From positions 1 through 61,170 of the forward strand of contig CADCIZ010000003.1 of assembly GCA_902801685.1 (NCBI GenBank): a stretch of 61,170 bases of DNA. The letters run 5' to 3'. Each line of letters begins with the position of its first letter. Positions within the stretch are counted from its first letter, which is position 1. The notes under the pieces were generated by a model, which saw nothing but the letters and a program-made list of their open reading frames with translations, made no database searches and was not told where the DNA came from. Shown in pieces: positions 20,167 to 29,678 of this stretch. A program made the position numbers and the translations under genes. The stretch is from an uncultured Erysipelotrichaceae bacterium. GTDB taxonomy: Bacteria > Bacillota_I > Bacilli_A > RF39 > UBA660.

Positions 20167-21300
20167 CTATCTTTTTTGTTCCTTAATTAATTTTGCTTGA
20201 ATAACAATTCTGTTACCATTATAGTCTAAACATGTAGATAACGTAAGTAATTTATCCTTAGTAGTTACCTTAATTCCAAAATCATAAACACTTCTAGATA
20301 ACATAGTATCTATGAATTTTTGATATGATTCATCATTTTCAAATGTATGAGTTAAATAATACGATTCCGATGGTATAGTATATATTGATACTATTTGCCA
20401 TAAAGTATTCTTCTCTTGTGTAGATAATTTAATAATTTGATTTTCTTTGTTAGTATACCATGATTCATCTAAAACTTTCTCTAAACTACCAAACATAACC
20501 TGATCAACACGCCCATGTCCATAGATAACAGTATTCTTTAAAAAGTTATCAAAATTAGATTTAAAATCAGCAAATAACCATCCGGCAACATTATATGATT
20601 TATCATAAGAGTGATTTAAATAAAACTCATTATCTCCACCCTGAACAAATGGATAATTAACATTAGTATTGTTAACATATATCCATCCTTTTGTATCAGA
20701 ATTAATTCTTTTAAGTTCATCAAAATCAACACTAATCATAGTTGTTTTCATATAATTCCAATAATCCTCACCATATTTATGATTCTCTGCGGCCTCGCCA
20801 GTCACATCTGGAATTTCTGTTGCAGTAAATGCAATATTCTCTTCTATTTTAGTATTTTTTAACACATTATTCATTAAATGATGAACATCTTGTCCTTCAG
20901 TGTACCAGTTAAATAATGTCACACCACCAAATATTAATGAGCTTATTGATATTAAAAGTAAGATAAAATATTTATTTAGTATTTTTACTTTTCTTTTAGA
21001 TTTCTTACCATAAATAACCTTATCAATAAGACTCTTTATTTGTTTTTCATTCTTGATATTTTTATTATTTAAATAATCTATAAAATTGTCTATTCTTTCC
21101 TTATTTTCATCATTAAGTTCAAAAACCTTAAGCCATCTATCATATGGAGTATATACATCTTTATCATTAACTATATCATGTTTAAAATATATATACTTAC
21201 TATTCTCTTTACATATAGTAAAATCATTGTCATTATATTTAAAGTTATATACTTTATTATATACTTTACCATTATATAAACATAAAGAAGCCATACTCAC
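20167..21300 (-). CDS. srtB: class B sortase with ~105-aa cytoplasmic N-terminal extension
   Basis: GWIYV.NT.V.YPFVQG.DN.FYL.H, TVIYGH, LLTLSTC, and NRIVIQAKL (Arg present). The TM helix is at about residue 110. Confidence 0.85.
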   Translation of the reverse strand: MSMASLCLYNGKVYNKVYNFKYNDNDFTICKENSKYIYFKHDIVNDKDVYTPYDRWLKVFELNDENKERIDNFIDYLNNKNIKNEKQIKSLIDKVIYGKKSKRKVKILNKYFILLLISISSLIFGGVTLFNWYTEGQDVHHLMNNVLKNTKIEENIAFTATEIPDVTGEAAENHKYGEDYWNYMKTTMISVDFDELKRINSDTKGWIYVNNTNVNYPFVQGGDNEFYLNHSYDKSYNVAGWLFADFKSNFDNFLKNTVIYGHGRVDQVMFGSLEKVLDESWYTNKENQIIKLSTQEKNTLWQIVSIYTIPSESYYLTHTFENDESYQKFIDTMLSRSVYDFGIKVTTKDKLLTLSTCLDYNGNRIVIQAKLIKEQKR

Positions 21301-21325
21301 ACCCCCTCTTTTTAACGGTGTTTAT

Positions 21326-21354
21326 ACTATCACAAATTTATGAAAATTGCAAAT
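21326..21354 (-). promoter_or_regulatory. candidate promoter of the sortase B gene, embedded in a palindrome
   Basis: Minus strand reads TTGCAA-17-TAGTAT with an upstream TG. The -35 box lies in the spacer of the 9-bp inverted repeat ATTTATGAA/TTCATAAAT (21338..21364). Confidence 0.5.
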
Positions 21355-21399
21355 TCATAAATGCATAATAAAAGCAAGTATTTCTACTCGCTTCATAAA

Positions 21400-22848
21400 T
21401 TATTTTTGATGTTTTAATTTGTAAATTGATAATCCAGCTCCAATTGCACCTAAAACCATAATAGACACAAAGAATACAATATTTCTATCTGCAGTATCTG
21501 GAGTCTTAGAGTTATACATAACAACTGTTGTTTCAACTTCTCCTGAATCTCCAACACTAAATTTAATTACTTCATAACTTAAATCATATCCGCTTGGTGC
21601 TTGAATCTCAACAAGTGTATATTCACCTTTTTCAAGTTCAAGATAATGTGGTTCTGTTCCTGATACCCATCTATCAATCTCTTCACCTTTAGAATTTTTA
21701 ACAATTAAAGTTGCCCCTGGAAGTTCAGCTTTAGTAGTAATATCTTGTTTACTAATTTTAACTTTATACTTATCTTTTAGAACATTATACATAACAACTT
21801 CAGTTACTTTATTATCTGCCTTTAATTCAAATTCAACAGTTTCCTCGCTTAACTTATACCCTTCTGGAGCAATAATCTCAGTTAAAGTATATTTACCTGG
21901 TTCTAAGTTTTCAACATAATGTGGTTTATCACCAGATACCCACTTGTCAACTTCTTCACCTTTAGCATTTTTAAGAATTAAAGTTGCTCCTGGAAGTTCT
22001 TTTTTATTAGCTAAATCTTGTTTACTAATTCTAAGCTTAGTAATTTTCTTTTCTTTAGTAATCTGTCCACTAATATCTGCATCTTTAGTCTTAGTAGATT
22101 TTTCTATATCATTTATAGTAATATTTTGGTTACCAGTACCACAATCATATTTTTTGGCAATACTTACACTCTTACTTGCACTTACCTTAACATTAACTGT
22201 AACTGTCTCACCATCTTTAACAGATGTACTTGGAACTTTTATATAAAAATCATTTCCAGACTCTTCATATGTAGCTCCTTCTACACCACTAATATTGATA
22301 CTATATTTATCACTACCAGATACAGTTACTTTATTAGAAACATAGTTATCTCCATTTAAAGTAAATGTTAATTTATCTGTACTTAAACTAATATCAAAGT
22401 CTTTCTTTGCTTCATTATAAGCCGCAACTGCAGCATCATAAAACTCCTGTACACCAGTCACACTTCTTACATTATTAACAGATGCTTTAGTTTCATAATC
22501 ATATAAAAACCTATTAATTGCAAGCTCTGCATTATAATAATTACGTACACTAGGTGCAGCATTATACTTTTCAATAATTGCTGCAATACCAGCTGCAACT
22601 GGATAGCTCCATTGATCAGCACTTAGTTTACAACTAGATCCAACACCCTGAACATAGAATGTAGTACAAAATACTACTCCATTACCATAAGTTTTATGAT
22701 ATAGTCTAGGACCACCATCATAACTTATTAAGCTTCCTGCATTAACCCCACTAATACTCTCCGGTAATGCATTAACACTTTTTGTACCTACTATTGATAC
22801 AATTCCTATTACAAATACTAGTAATAGACATTTTAGTTTATTAAACAT
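21400..22848 (-). CDS. cell-wall-sorted adhesin, paralogue of 11317..13236
   Basis: Signal peptide. Two near-identical SpaA/CnaB-like repeats (ISKQD...ELPGATLI.KN.KGEE.D.WVSG..PHY...L..G.YTL.EI.AP.GY). C-terminal TPDTA + TM + KLKHQK. The ATG at 22848 with GGGGGAA RBS is preferred. Confidence 0.85.
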   Translation of the reverse strand: MFNKLKCLLLVFVIGIVSIVGTKSVNALPESISGVNAGSLISYDGGPRLYHKTYGNGVVFCTTFYVQGVGSSCKLSADQWSYPVAAGIAAIIEKYNAAPSVRNYYNAELAINRFLYDYETKASVNNVRSVTGVQEFYDAAVAAYNEAKKDFDISLSTDKLTFTLNGDNYVSNKVTVSGSDKYSINISGVEGATYEESGNDFYIKVPSTSVKDGETVTVNVKVSASKSVSIAKKYDCGTGNQNITINDIEKSTKTKDADISGQITKEKKITKLRISKQDLANKKELPGATLILKNAKGEEVDKWVSGDKPHYVENLEPGKYTLTEIIAPEGYKLSEETVEFELKADNKVTEVVMYNVLKDKYKVKISKQDITTKAELPGATLIVKNSKGEEIDRWVSGTEPHYLELEKGEYTLVEIQAPSGYDLSYEVIKFSVGDSGEVETTVVMYNSKTPDTADRNIVFFVSIMVLGAIGAGLSIYKLKHQK

Positions 22849-22886
22849 ATATATTCCCCCTTCGCCATTTTTGGCTGACGGTTCAT

Positions 22887-22915
22887 ATGATATCACAAAT
22901 ATTTACTAATGTCAA
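22887..22915 (-). promoter_or_regulatory. candidate promoter of adhesin 2
   Basis: Minus strand reads TTGACA-17-TATCAT, preceded by TGA (extended -10). Confidence 0.55.
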
Positions 22916-22924
22916 TTTGAGAAA

Positions 22925-23809
22925 TTACTTTATTTTTAATACATTTTTTAACTCTAATACATGTTTATCTTCCATTTTAGTTAAAGGAAGTCTTAACTCA
23001 TCACTTTTAATTAAACCTAACTCATATAAAGCTCTTTTTATAGGTATAGGGTTAACCTCACTAAATAATACTTTGCTATATATTATTGCCTTATTGTTTA
23101 ATAAACTACTCTTTTTATAATCTCCATCTAAGTATGACATAATTAAATTATGAGTATCTTTTGGTATAACATTGGCATTTACAGAAATTACACCTACACC
23201 ACCAAGAGATAGTATAGGCAAAACCTGATCATCATTTCCAGAATATATATCTAAATCTATATCATACTTGCTTTTTAGATAACTAAGATATGCCACCTGA
23301 CTAATATTCCCACTTGCTTCTTTAATACCAACAACATTTTTATTGTCTTTACATATCTCAATTGCGGTTGTAGGTTCAATATTAACACCAGTTCTGCTAG
23401 GTACATTGTACATAATAATAGGTATACTTACATTATCACTAATCATCTTATAATGCATCTTTAATCCTTCTTGAGTAGCTTTATTATAATATGGTGTAAC
23501 CACAAGCAATCCATCAACTCCTAAGTTTTCTGCAATCTTAGATAACTTAACCGCACTCTTTGTACAATTAGAACCAGTACCTGCAATTACTTTAACTCTA
23601 CCATTAACATATTCAACACACTTCTTAATACACTCTATCTGTTCATCATAGGAAAGTGTTGCTGCCTCACCTGTAGTCCCGCAAATAATAATAGCATCAG
23701 TACCATTGCTAATTTGATATTCAATTAAATTCTTCATAGATTCATAATCAATCTTACCATCATAAAAAGGAGTAACTAAGGCAACACCCGATCCTTTAAA
23801 CAACGACAT
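22925..23809 (-). CDS. dapA: 4-hydroxy-tetrahydrodipicolinate synthase
   Basis: GSGVALVTPF, GTTGEA, and full-length DapA-like collinearity over 294 aa. Confidence 0.92.
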   Translation of the reverse strand: MSLFKGSGVALVTPFYDGKIDYESMKNLIEYQISNGTDAIIICGTTGEAATLSYDEQIECIKKCVEYVNGRVKVIAGTGSNCTKSAVKLSKIAENLGVDGLLVVTPYYNKATQEGLKMHYKMISDNVSIPIIMYNVPSRTGVNIEPTTAIEICKDNKNVVGIKEASGNISQVAYLSYLKSKYDIDLDIYSGNDDQVLPILSLGGVGVISVNANVIPKDTHNLIMSYLDGDYKKSSLLNNKAIIYSKVLFSEVNPIPIKRALYELGLIKSDELRLPLTKMEDKHVLELKNVLKIK

Positions 23810-23869
23810 AATACCACCTCACTATATTCTATGAAAAATTATTATTTATGCATCAAAAAAACTTGTGCA

Positions 23870-25759
23870 TTAATCTGCTACACAAGCTTTTATAGTTGCA
23901 TCATATGAATAATTATCTGGGCAACATACCATACCTGTTTTTTCATAATGGTAATTAGTTTTGCACAACGGTTTCTTTTCATATTTAGTTTTAATGCACT
24001 TACCGTTACTATATTTATAATCCTTAGGGCATGTTAAATTTTCACTACATTTTTTAACTCCTTCTTCATCTTCTTTACTAAGTGGTTCAGGTAGTTTATC
24101 CGCACTGCATATAGCCTCTTCTTCCTCAACTTCATCTGATTCTACCAAACACATTTCGTCTTGAATATTATCACACGCAATTGCATATTCATATTCTTTA
24201 GTATTCTTTTTAGTTTTAGTATCTTCTTTAGTAGTTATTTCATCTTTTTTTTCTTCATTATTTGTTTCCTCTTTAGAATCATAATTATTAGTTGCAGTAG
24301 TAACAGGTCCATCATAAGTATAAGATGCTTTTAATTTCTTACCATTTTTTACATCATTAATTAAATTATGTGCTTCTTCTATAGAACCCAATACTGGTTC
24401 CATTACAAATAATTTAGTATTTCCACCACTATATGTATAATTACTACTATTAACCCCTTGTAAGTTATATGTAGATACATTCCAAGAAGACATATCGTTT
24501 AATTGCATTTTTAATAATGATGTAATTTTATTAGAACTCATATTAGTTTGAAATTTTCCATTTAATGAATTAAGTATTGAATCATATTTTGTAATAATAC
24601 TCTTACTACACATTTTCTTAATTAACGCAGCAATCACCGCTTGTTGGTCTTTACCTCTTTGATTATCTCCCTCTAAAAAAGCCTTACGTTCTCGGGCGAA
24701 AGATAACGCTTGCTCACCATTCATATTATTATTACCTTCTGTAAAATGAACTCCATCTATTGTTGTAAATGTATAATCAGAATAAACTGTAATTCCACCT
24801 AAAGCATTAACTATATCTATAAGTGATGTAAAATTAACTTTAACATAGTAGTTAATATCAATATCAAGCAAATCTTCAATAGTTGTAATAGATTTATCTA
24901 CACCATATATTCCAGCATGAGTAAGTTTATCTTTAACACCAGTTGTCCCGTGTAATTGGACATAATAATCTCTTGGTATACTTGTTAATAACACTTGCTT
25001 TGTTTTAGGATTAACAGTTGCAACAATATTAACATCACTTCTAGATACTGAAGTAATCTCACCGTATGTATCTATACCAGTTATATAAATATTAAATGGT
25101 TTATTAGTAACATTAACATCTTTAGCTTTGGTTTTAGATTTTAGTTTTATTACAAACTTGTATATTACTTTAGTCTTAGTATTAAATTCTGGATTATCTT
25201 CATTAACCATAGACATTACTGAATCCTCTAACATTATTACTTTTATATCTCCATTTAACAAATCATTAGAAGCCTCATTTGCATCATCATAATCTTTAAA
25301 GTTAGCATCTATACTCTTTAATACTTTTTTATTAGCATCTTTAGCGCCTTCAGAATTAGAATAGTATCCGATATCTAAGTCTTTAATGTCTTTTATTTTT
25401 TTATACTTGCTATCTTTTAATACTATTACCGAATAGGTTTCTGTTTTATAATCTTTAGGTCCTATTTTAGCTAAAAACCCTAATGTATTTAATATGTAAT
25501 GTGCAACAAAACACATTACTCCTAGTACTATAATTGTTAAAAAACTAAAGAGTATTCTAAGACCTTTCTTAGCTTTTTTTCGCATTAAGAATATATCAAA
25601 GAATATATTAATAAAACATAAGCCACCTAATACTAAATATAAATATTTATCTGGAAGTAAATTAACTTTATAAACAATATATCCCATAAATAAACTTGCG
25701 ATAAAAAGCATTAAAGCAAGTATTTTATATATACTAAATTTTCTTTTTCTTTTATTCAT
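23870..25759 (-). CDS. LytR-CpsA-Psr (LCP) family protein with acidic linker and Cys-rich C-terminal extension
   Basis: N-terminal TM helices. LCP core (SIPRDYYV...LTHAGIYG...INYYVKVNF..L..IV..LGGI.V). About 105 C-terminal residues contain 14 Cys. Confidence 0.85.
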   Translation of the reverse strand: MNKRKRKFSIYKILALMLFIASLFMGYIVYKVNLLPDKYLYLVLGGLCFINIFFDIFLMRKKAKKGLRILFSFLTIIVLGVMCFVAHYILNTLGFLAKIGPKDYKTETYSVIVLKDSKYKKIKDIKDLDIGYYSNSEGAKDANKKVLKSIDANFKDYDDANEASNDLLNGDIKVIMLEDSVMSMVNEDNPEFNTKTKVIYKFVIKLKSKTKAKDVNVTNKPFNIYITGIDTYGEITSVSRSDVNIVATVNPKTKQVLLTSIPRDYYVQLHGTTGVKDKLTHAGIYGVDKSITTIEDLLDIDINYYVKVNFTSLIDIVNALGGITVYSDYTFTTIDGVHFTEGNNNMNGEQALSFARERKAFLEGDNQRGKDQQAVIAALIKKMCSKSIITKYDSILNSLNGKFQTNMSSNKITSLLKMQLNDMSSWNVSTYNLQGVNSSNYTYSGGNTKLFVMEPVLGSIEEAHNLINDVKNGKKLKASYTYDGPVTTATNNYDSKEETNNEEKKDEITTKEDTKTKKNTKEYEYAIACDNIQDEMCLVESDEVEEEEAICSADKLPEPLSKEDEEGVKKCSENLTCPKDYKYSNGKCIKTKYEKKPLCKTNYHYEKTGMVCCPDNYSYDATIKACVAD

Positions 25760-25811
25760 AATATCACGCTACCATTATAACAAATAAAATAATTACTGTA
25801 AATTATATTCA

Positions 25812-26933
25812 CTAATTTTTCATATTTGCTATTCTTTTATATTCTAAATTAAAATAATCATCAGTCATACCGGCAATAAAGTCAATAACTATTCTTGCAT
25901 TTGTATTATCTTTATAAGAACAATCTTTATAATTAAGATATACTTTATAAATTGGAGAATCTAGATTAGTATTTTCTAAGTCATTAGTGTAACTATTAAA
26001 TAATGTTCTAAACATTGACTCATAATGCTCAATATCCTCTTTACTATTTGCTTTAAGATAGATATTCTTATAATTAAAATCTTTAAGTTCTATTATTGAT
26101 TTGTAAATATTATCTGATAATTTAATATAGTTTTTATTATAACTATTATTAATTATATCCGTAACAATACTATTTACAATTTCTCTATTATTATTACCAA
26201 GATTCTTAACTATACTATCAGGAATATCACTCTTTTTAATAATTCCTACTCTAATTGCATCTTCAATATCTCTACCAAGATATCCAATTAAATCACTAAT
26301 TCTAACTACACATCCTTCTAAAGTCATAGGTCGCATATTGCGTATCACGCTGGCATCTTTATAACTATTATTATATTCTTCTAAAAATTCTTCTACTGAC
26401 TTACATCTTGGTTCATATACTCCAAGTGGTACTTCACCATTATGACACATAATCGCATCCAATACTTGAACTGTTATATTTCTACCACGACCACTATTTT
26501 CTATATTCATAAGAGTTCTAACACTTTGAATATTATGATTAAAATACCCTTCATTATTCTCTAAACTTATTTTATTTAGTATTGCTTCTCCCACATGGCC
26601 ATATGGAGTATGACCTAAATCATGTCCTAAAGCAGCTGCCTCTATTAAATCCTCGTTTAGATTTAAAGCTCTACCTATCGTTCTCGCAATCTTGCTTACT
26701 AATTGAACATGAATTATTCTTTTACTAATATTGGTATTTTCATTATTACTAAATACTTGTGTCTTATCTAAATATCTTGTATAAGATAATGAATATATTA
26801 TTCTATCTATATCCCTAAAAAAAGGAGTTCTAAAATCATTTTCTTCTTCTTTTAATCTAATTGCAGAAGAATCTTTACAAGCATATATAGATAATCCAGT
26901 ATCAAATTTAATCATATTTTTATCTATATTCAT
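25812..26933 (-). CDS. HD-domain dNTP triphosphohydrolase-like protein (dGTPase family)
   Basis: R..HVQLVS.IAR, AALGHDLGHTPYGH, and a C-terminal DFIAGMTDDY motif. Confidence 0.85.
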   Translation of the reverse strand: MNIDKNMIKFDTGLSIYACKDSSAIRLKEEENDFRTPFFRDIDRIIYSLSYTRYLDKTQVFSNNENTNISKRIIHVQLVSKIARTIGRALNLNEDLIEAAALGHDLGHTPYGHVGEAILNKISLENNEGYFNHNIQSVRTLMNIENSGRGRNITVQVLDAIMCHNGEVPLGVYEPRCKSVEEFLEEYNNSYKDASVIRNMRPMTLEGCVVRISDLIGYLGRDIEDAIRVGIIKKSDIPDSIVKNLGNNNREIVNSIVTDIINNSYNKNYIKLSDNIYKSIIELKDFNYKNIYLKANSKEDIEHYESMFRTLFNSYTNDLENTNLDSPIYKVYLNYKDCSYKDNTNARIVIDFIAGMTDDYFNLEYKRIANMKN

Positions 26934-26970
26934 ATATCTCCTTTAAAGTTATCCACATTTATGTTCATAT

Positions 26971-27960
26971 TTATTTTTTTATTGCTGTTGAATATTCAAC
27001 CATATCTGTTACTTTCATTTGTTCTAAATCAAATGTATATTCATATGCACCATATTTATATTTAATTTCTTTACTTGGGCAAAATCTAAGTACGTGTTCT
27101 AGATAATTTCCATCGCCATATTTTGATTCATTCCAACCAGATATATATAAACTAGGATTATCGTGTATTTCTTCTACCCGATTAATCCAAGATATATTAC
27201 CATAATCTTGTTTTTCTTTGTTAGCATCTAGACCATATAAGTCATTCATCAGCATATCTATCATACCCTGTCCATAGTTATGTGATTGAATAGCAAGAAA
27301 AACATTTCCACAATTTTCTTTAAGTTTATTTTGAAACATCATACAACCAATTTTTATATTTTTTTCAATATCACACGCATTATCCATAGTAACGTATTCT
27401 TTATCACACAGTCCTGTTTTATAATTATATGCAGTTATTTCTTCTCCACTAGGACTTTCAAGTTGCATAAGTCCAACACCATAACCCGAATACATATCAC
27501 CACCAGGAATACAAGCATAATGATTGAGTGTCGTTTCTTGCATTGCAATTGCAGCCATAATATTAGGATCCACTCCATATTCTTCAGCATATTTATAAAT
27601 ATACTGTCCGTCTGGCGACGCTAGAAAATCTATTACCATTTTCTTATCTGGACTATTTCCTACATTAAACGGATTACTAATTGATATCTTTTCATTAACA
27701 TTACTAACAATAGTGTTATCATCAATTAGATAATCAACATTTTTAAAATCTATAGAGTCCCCATTATCAATGGTTTCTATATGTATATCATTATTTATAA
27801 TCTCATCGTCTGCTTTAACTGTATTAAACGGAATCATATTTGTTGCAACTATCACAATTGCACCAAAAGCAGTACCAAGAACAACCCTTTTTAATACCTT
27901 CCTTTTTACATTCATCCTTCTATTACAATATTTATTATCTCGATATAATTTTCTTCTCAT
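26971..27960 (-). CDS. secreted lytic transglycosylase (SLT domain) protein
   Basis: N-terminal TM/signal sequence, AIAMQETTL (catalytic Glu), and GVGLMQL motifs. Confidence 0.75.
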   Translation of the reverse strand: MRRKLYRDNKYCNRRMNVKRKVLKRVVLGTAFGAIVIVATNMIPFNTVKADDEIINNDIHIETIDNGDSIDFKNVDYLIDDNTIVSNVNEKISISNPFNVGNSPDKKMVIDFLASPDGQYIYKYAEEYGVDPNIMAAIAMQETTLNHYACIPGGDMYSGYGVGLMQLESPSGEEITAYNYKTGLCDKEYVTMDNACDIEKNIKIGCMMFQNKLKENCGNVFLAIQSHNYGQGMIDMLMNDLYGLDANKEKQDYGNISWINRVEEIHDNPSLYISGWNESKYGDGNYLEHVLRFCPSKEIKYKYGAYEYTFDLEQMKVTDMVEYSTAIKK

Positions 27961-27961
27961 A

Positions 27962-29005
27962 CTAGCACTCCTTCTTTAAAGCGTGTAAATATTCAATTGT
28001 AGTTTTCTTTTCTACTTCTTTATTTTTGCTTGCTTTATATCTTTTATGATTACACTCATACCTTTTATATTCACCATATTTTTTCATGATCTCTTCTATT
28101 TCTTTAAAATCCATAATACCTTCATCATTATAACTTAAAAATATATATTTAAAATTTGCATTTTTAATTAATTCTTCAAATTCCTTAGCTACCTCATTTT
28201 TTTTATTATATTTAGATTTAAATTGATTAACTCTAACTCCTGCTTTACCACTAATTTCTGGATAATCACCATAAACAATTGTTTCAAGAATGTGATAATT
28301 TGTTGCATACTTTCTTGAGTTATATGGTGGATCTAAATATAAAATATCACCTTTTATTTCTTTAATTAATTCATTAGAATCTTCAATATATACTTTACAC
28401 TTACTATTTTTATTAATAACTATATCCAAAGGTTTTAACTCCATAGTCTTTTCTGCACTTTTTTTCATAGTTTTTAAGAAAGCTTCATACACTGATGCAG
28501 TATTCGCTACTTTATCCGCTGCTTCTAATAAGCAAGCTAGTAAATAGTAATATTCATATTTAGAAATTATTTCTTTTTTATACCATTTTTCTATTGTATC
28601 TCTAATTGAATCAATTTTAATGGCATTCTCACTACTGTAATAACACCTTTCATATTTACTTCCTAATGTACCTTCTAAAGTATAATTATGATATATAAAT
28701 CCTCTATAGTTATCTAAGGCATTTAAGTATATAAAAGGATCACTAATACCAATTAATTTTAATCCTGAAAAACTAGGTATACTATTATTTTCTAAATAAT
28801 GCTTATTAAGAACAAAACTATAAAATTGAGTATCATTTGCAAGAACATCAAAACCTAATTCTTTGAATCTTTTTCCAACTACACCAGTACCTGCAAATAT
28901 ATCACAAAAAACTTTATTATCTTCACCAGCAAAATCTATAATAGACTCTTCTATAAAATCAATTATCGAATGTTTAGAACCAATATAATTCATAAATCTA
29001 ATCAC
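27962..29005 (-). CDS. N6-adenine DNA methyltransferase (D12/Dam-like class), no adjacent restriction gene
   Basis: N-terminal YIGSK, DIFAGTG (motif I), and LDPPY (motif IV). Confidence 0.85.
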   Translation of the reverse strand: MIRFMNYIGSKHSIIDFIEESIIDFAGEDNKVFCDIFAGTGVVGKRFKELGFDVLANDTQFYSFVLNKHYLENNSIPSFSGLKLIGISDPFIYLNALDNYRGFIYHNYTLEGTLGSKYERCYYSSENAIKIDSIRDTIEKWYKKEIISKYEYYYLLACLLEAADKVANTASVYEAFLKTMKKSAEKTMELKPLDIVINKNSKCKVYIEDSNELIKEIKGDILYLDPPYNSRKYATNYHILETIVYGDYPEISGKAGVRVNQFKSKYNKKNEVAKEFEELIKNANFKYIFLSYNDEGIMDFKEIEEIMKKYGEYKRYECNHKRYKASKNKEVEKKTTIEYLHALKKEC

Positions 29006-29248
29006 CTATTTCTTTTATATATAAATTATACATTATTTTTAGTAAAAATAAAAGAAAATCAACGATTTTCTTAATATATTTCAAGTAGTATCTGACATTC
29101 AACTAATTTACCTATCTATATGATTAAAATTCAATAATTATTTGTTGAAATCATTGTGTATAACATTCATTTATAGTATAATTATTTAGGGAATATCAGT
29201 TGCCTGAGTGTCTACCTCTAATCTACATAGAGAGGAGGTTTGATAAAA

Positions 29249-29341
29249 ATGAAGAAGGTAATTTTTGTTATAAAGGTTCTTAGATATCTTTCTATCATTT
29301 TGTTACTCCTAATCATAATGATTATCGTAATAAAGAAATGA
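29249..29341 (+). CDS. candidate type I toxin, 30-aa hydrophobic peptide (copy 1)
   Basis: MKKVIFVIKVLRYLSIILLLLIIMIIVIKK. Strong SD GAGGAGG. Own promoter TTGTGT-17-TATAAT (29154..29182). The 5' UTR segment ACCUCU (29214..29219) is complementary to the SD GGAGGU (29234..29239). Confidence 0.55.
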   Translation: MKKVIFVIKVLRYLSIILLLLIIMIIVIKK

Positions 29342-29441
29342 CACTTAAGCATAAAGCTTAAATGTCCGCTTATATATAGGTAGCCATTCAACTCGCAAAA
29401 ACTGAATGTTCCCTTTTTTATTTTATGCAATATCTCTTGCT
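29332..29441 (-). ncRNA. candidate antisense antitoxin RNA (copy 1); ends approximate
   Basis: Convergent minus-strand promoter TTGCAA(29471..29476)-17-TACTAT(29448..29453) with TG extension. The transcript would run across the toxin 3' UTR to a hairpin plus U-rich tract that overlaps the toxin stop codon. Confidence 0.35.
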
Positions 29442-29533
29442 ACATACATAGTAACACATATTTATTTATTTTGCAAATATAACTATCACACTATCTGTAT
29501 ATATTTCTGTTATTGTTTACATTTATAATAAAA

Positions 29534-29558
29534 GAAATTCCATTTATCTTGGAATTTC
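29534..29558 (-). terminator. hairpin terminator next to the tRNA-Lys fragment
   Basis: Perfect 9-bp stem GAAATTCCA/TGGAATTTC, followed on the minus strand by UUUUAUUAU. Confidence 0.55.
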
Positions 29559-29570
29559 GTTGATTTCAAA

Positions 29571-29617
29571 TGGTGTCTCGCAGGCGATTCGAACGCCTGA
29601 CCCTTTGATTAAAAGTC
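29571..29617 (-). pseudogene. 3' half of tRNA-Lys(UUU), duplicated (att-like)
   Basis: 47 nt identical to 31037..31083 (CCA end through the anticodon loop). With flanking sequence the repeat is 68 bp (29550..29617 vs 31016..31083) with 3 mismatches. Confidence 0.9.
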
Positions 29618-29657
29618 GACTGAAAATCGTTGAAATTCTTCAGAATAATCGCTTGTT

Positions 29658-29678
29658 TGTAGTCTACCTGTAGTCTAC
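29658..29678. repeat. 2 x tandem 11-bp repeat TGTAGTCTAC(C)
   Basis: TGTAGTCTACC TGTAGTCTAC. The same unit occurs 3 times at 30911..30942. Confidence 0.9.

Noticed and set aside
23810-23869. Looked for a lysine riboswitch upstream of dapA.
   Set aside because: The intergenic region is only 60 nt, which is too short for an L-box, and it lacks the conserved L-box helices.
1695-27979. Numerous 60-160-aa ORFs lying antisense inside long genes, for example 1695..1943, 3875..4135, 7397..7609, 12010..12712, 15389..15874, 16010..16678, 21944..22359 and 27286..27979.
   Set aside because: Each is fully embedded antisense in a gene with clear family motifs. They have low-complexity Ser/Leu/Ile/Phe-rich translations typical of AT-rich antisense frames, and no RBS.
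29218-29430. 70-aa minus-strand ORF from the supplied track, lying across toxin-like module 1.
   Set aside because: It has no RBS and lies antisense to a well-signalled 30-codon ORF with its own promoter, SD and terminator. The homologous region in copy 2 (29810..30020) has no equivalent ORF in the supplied track. I interpret the region as the antisense RNA region, not a protein gene.
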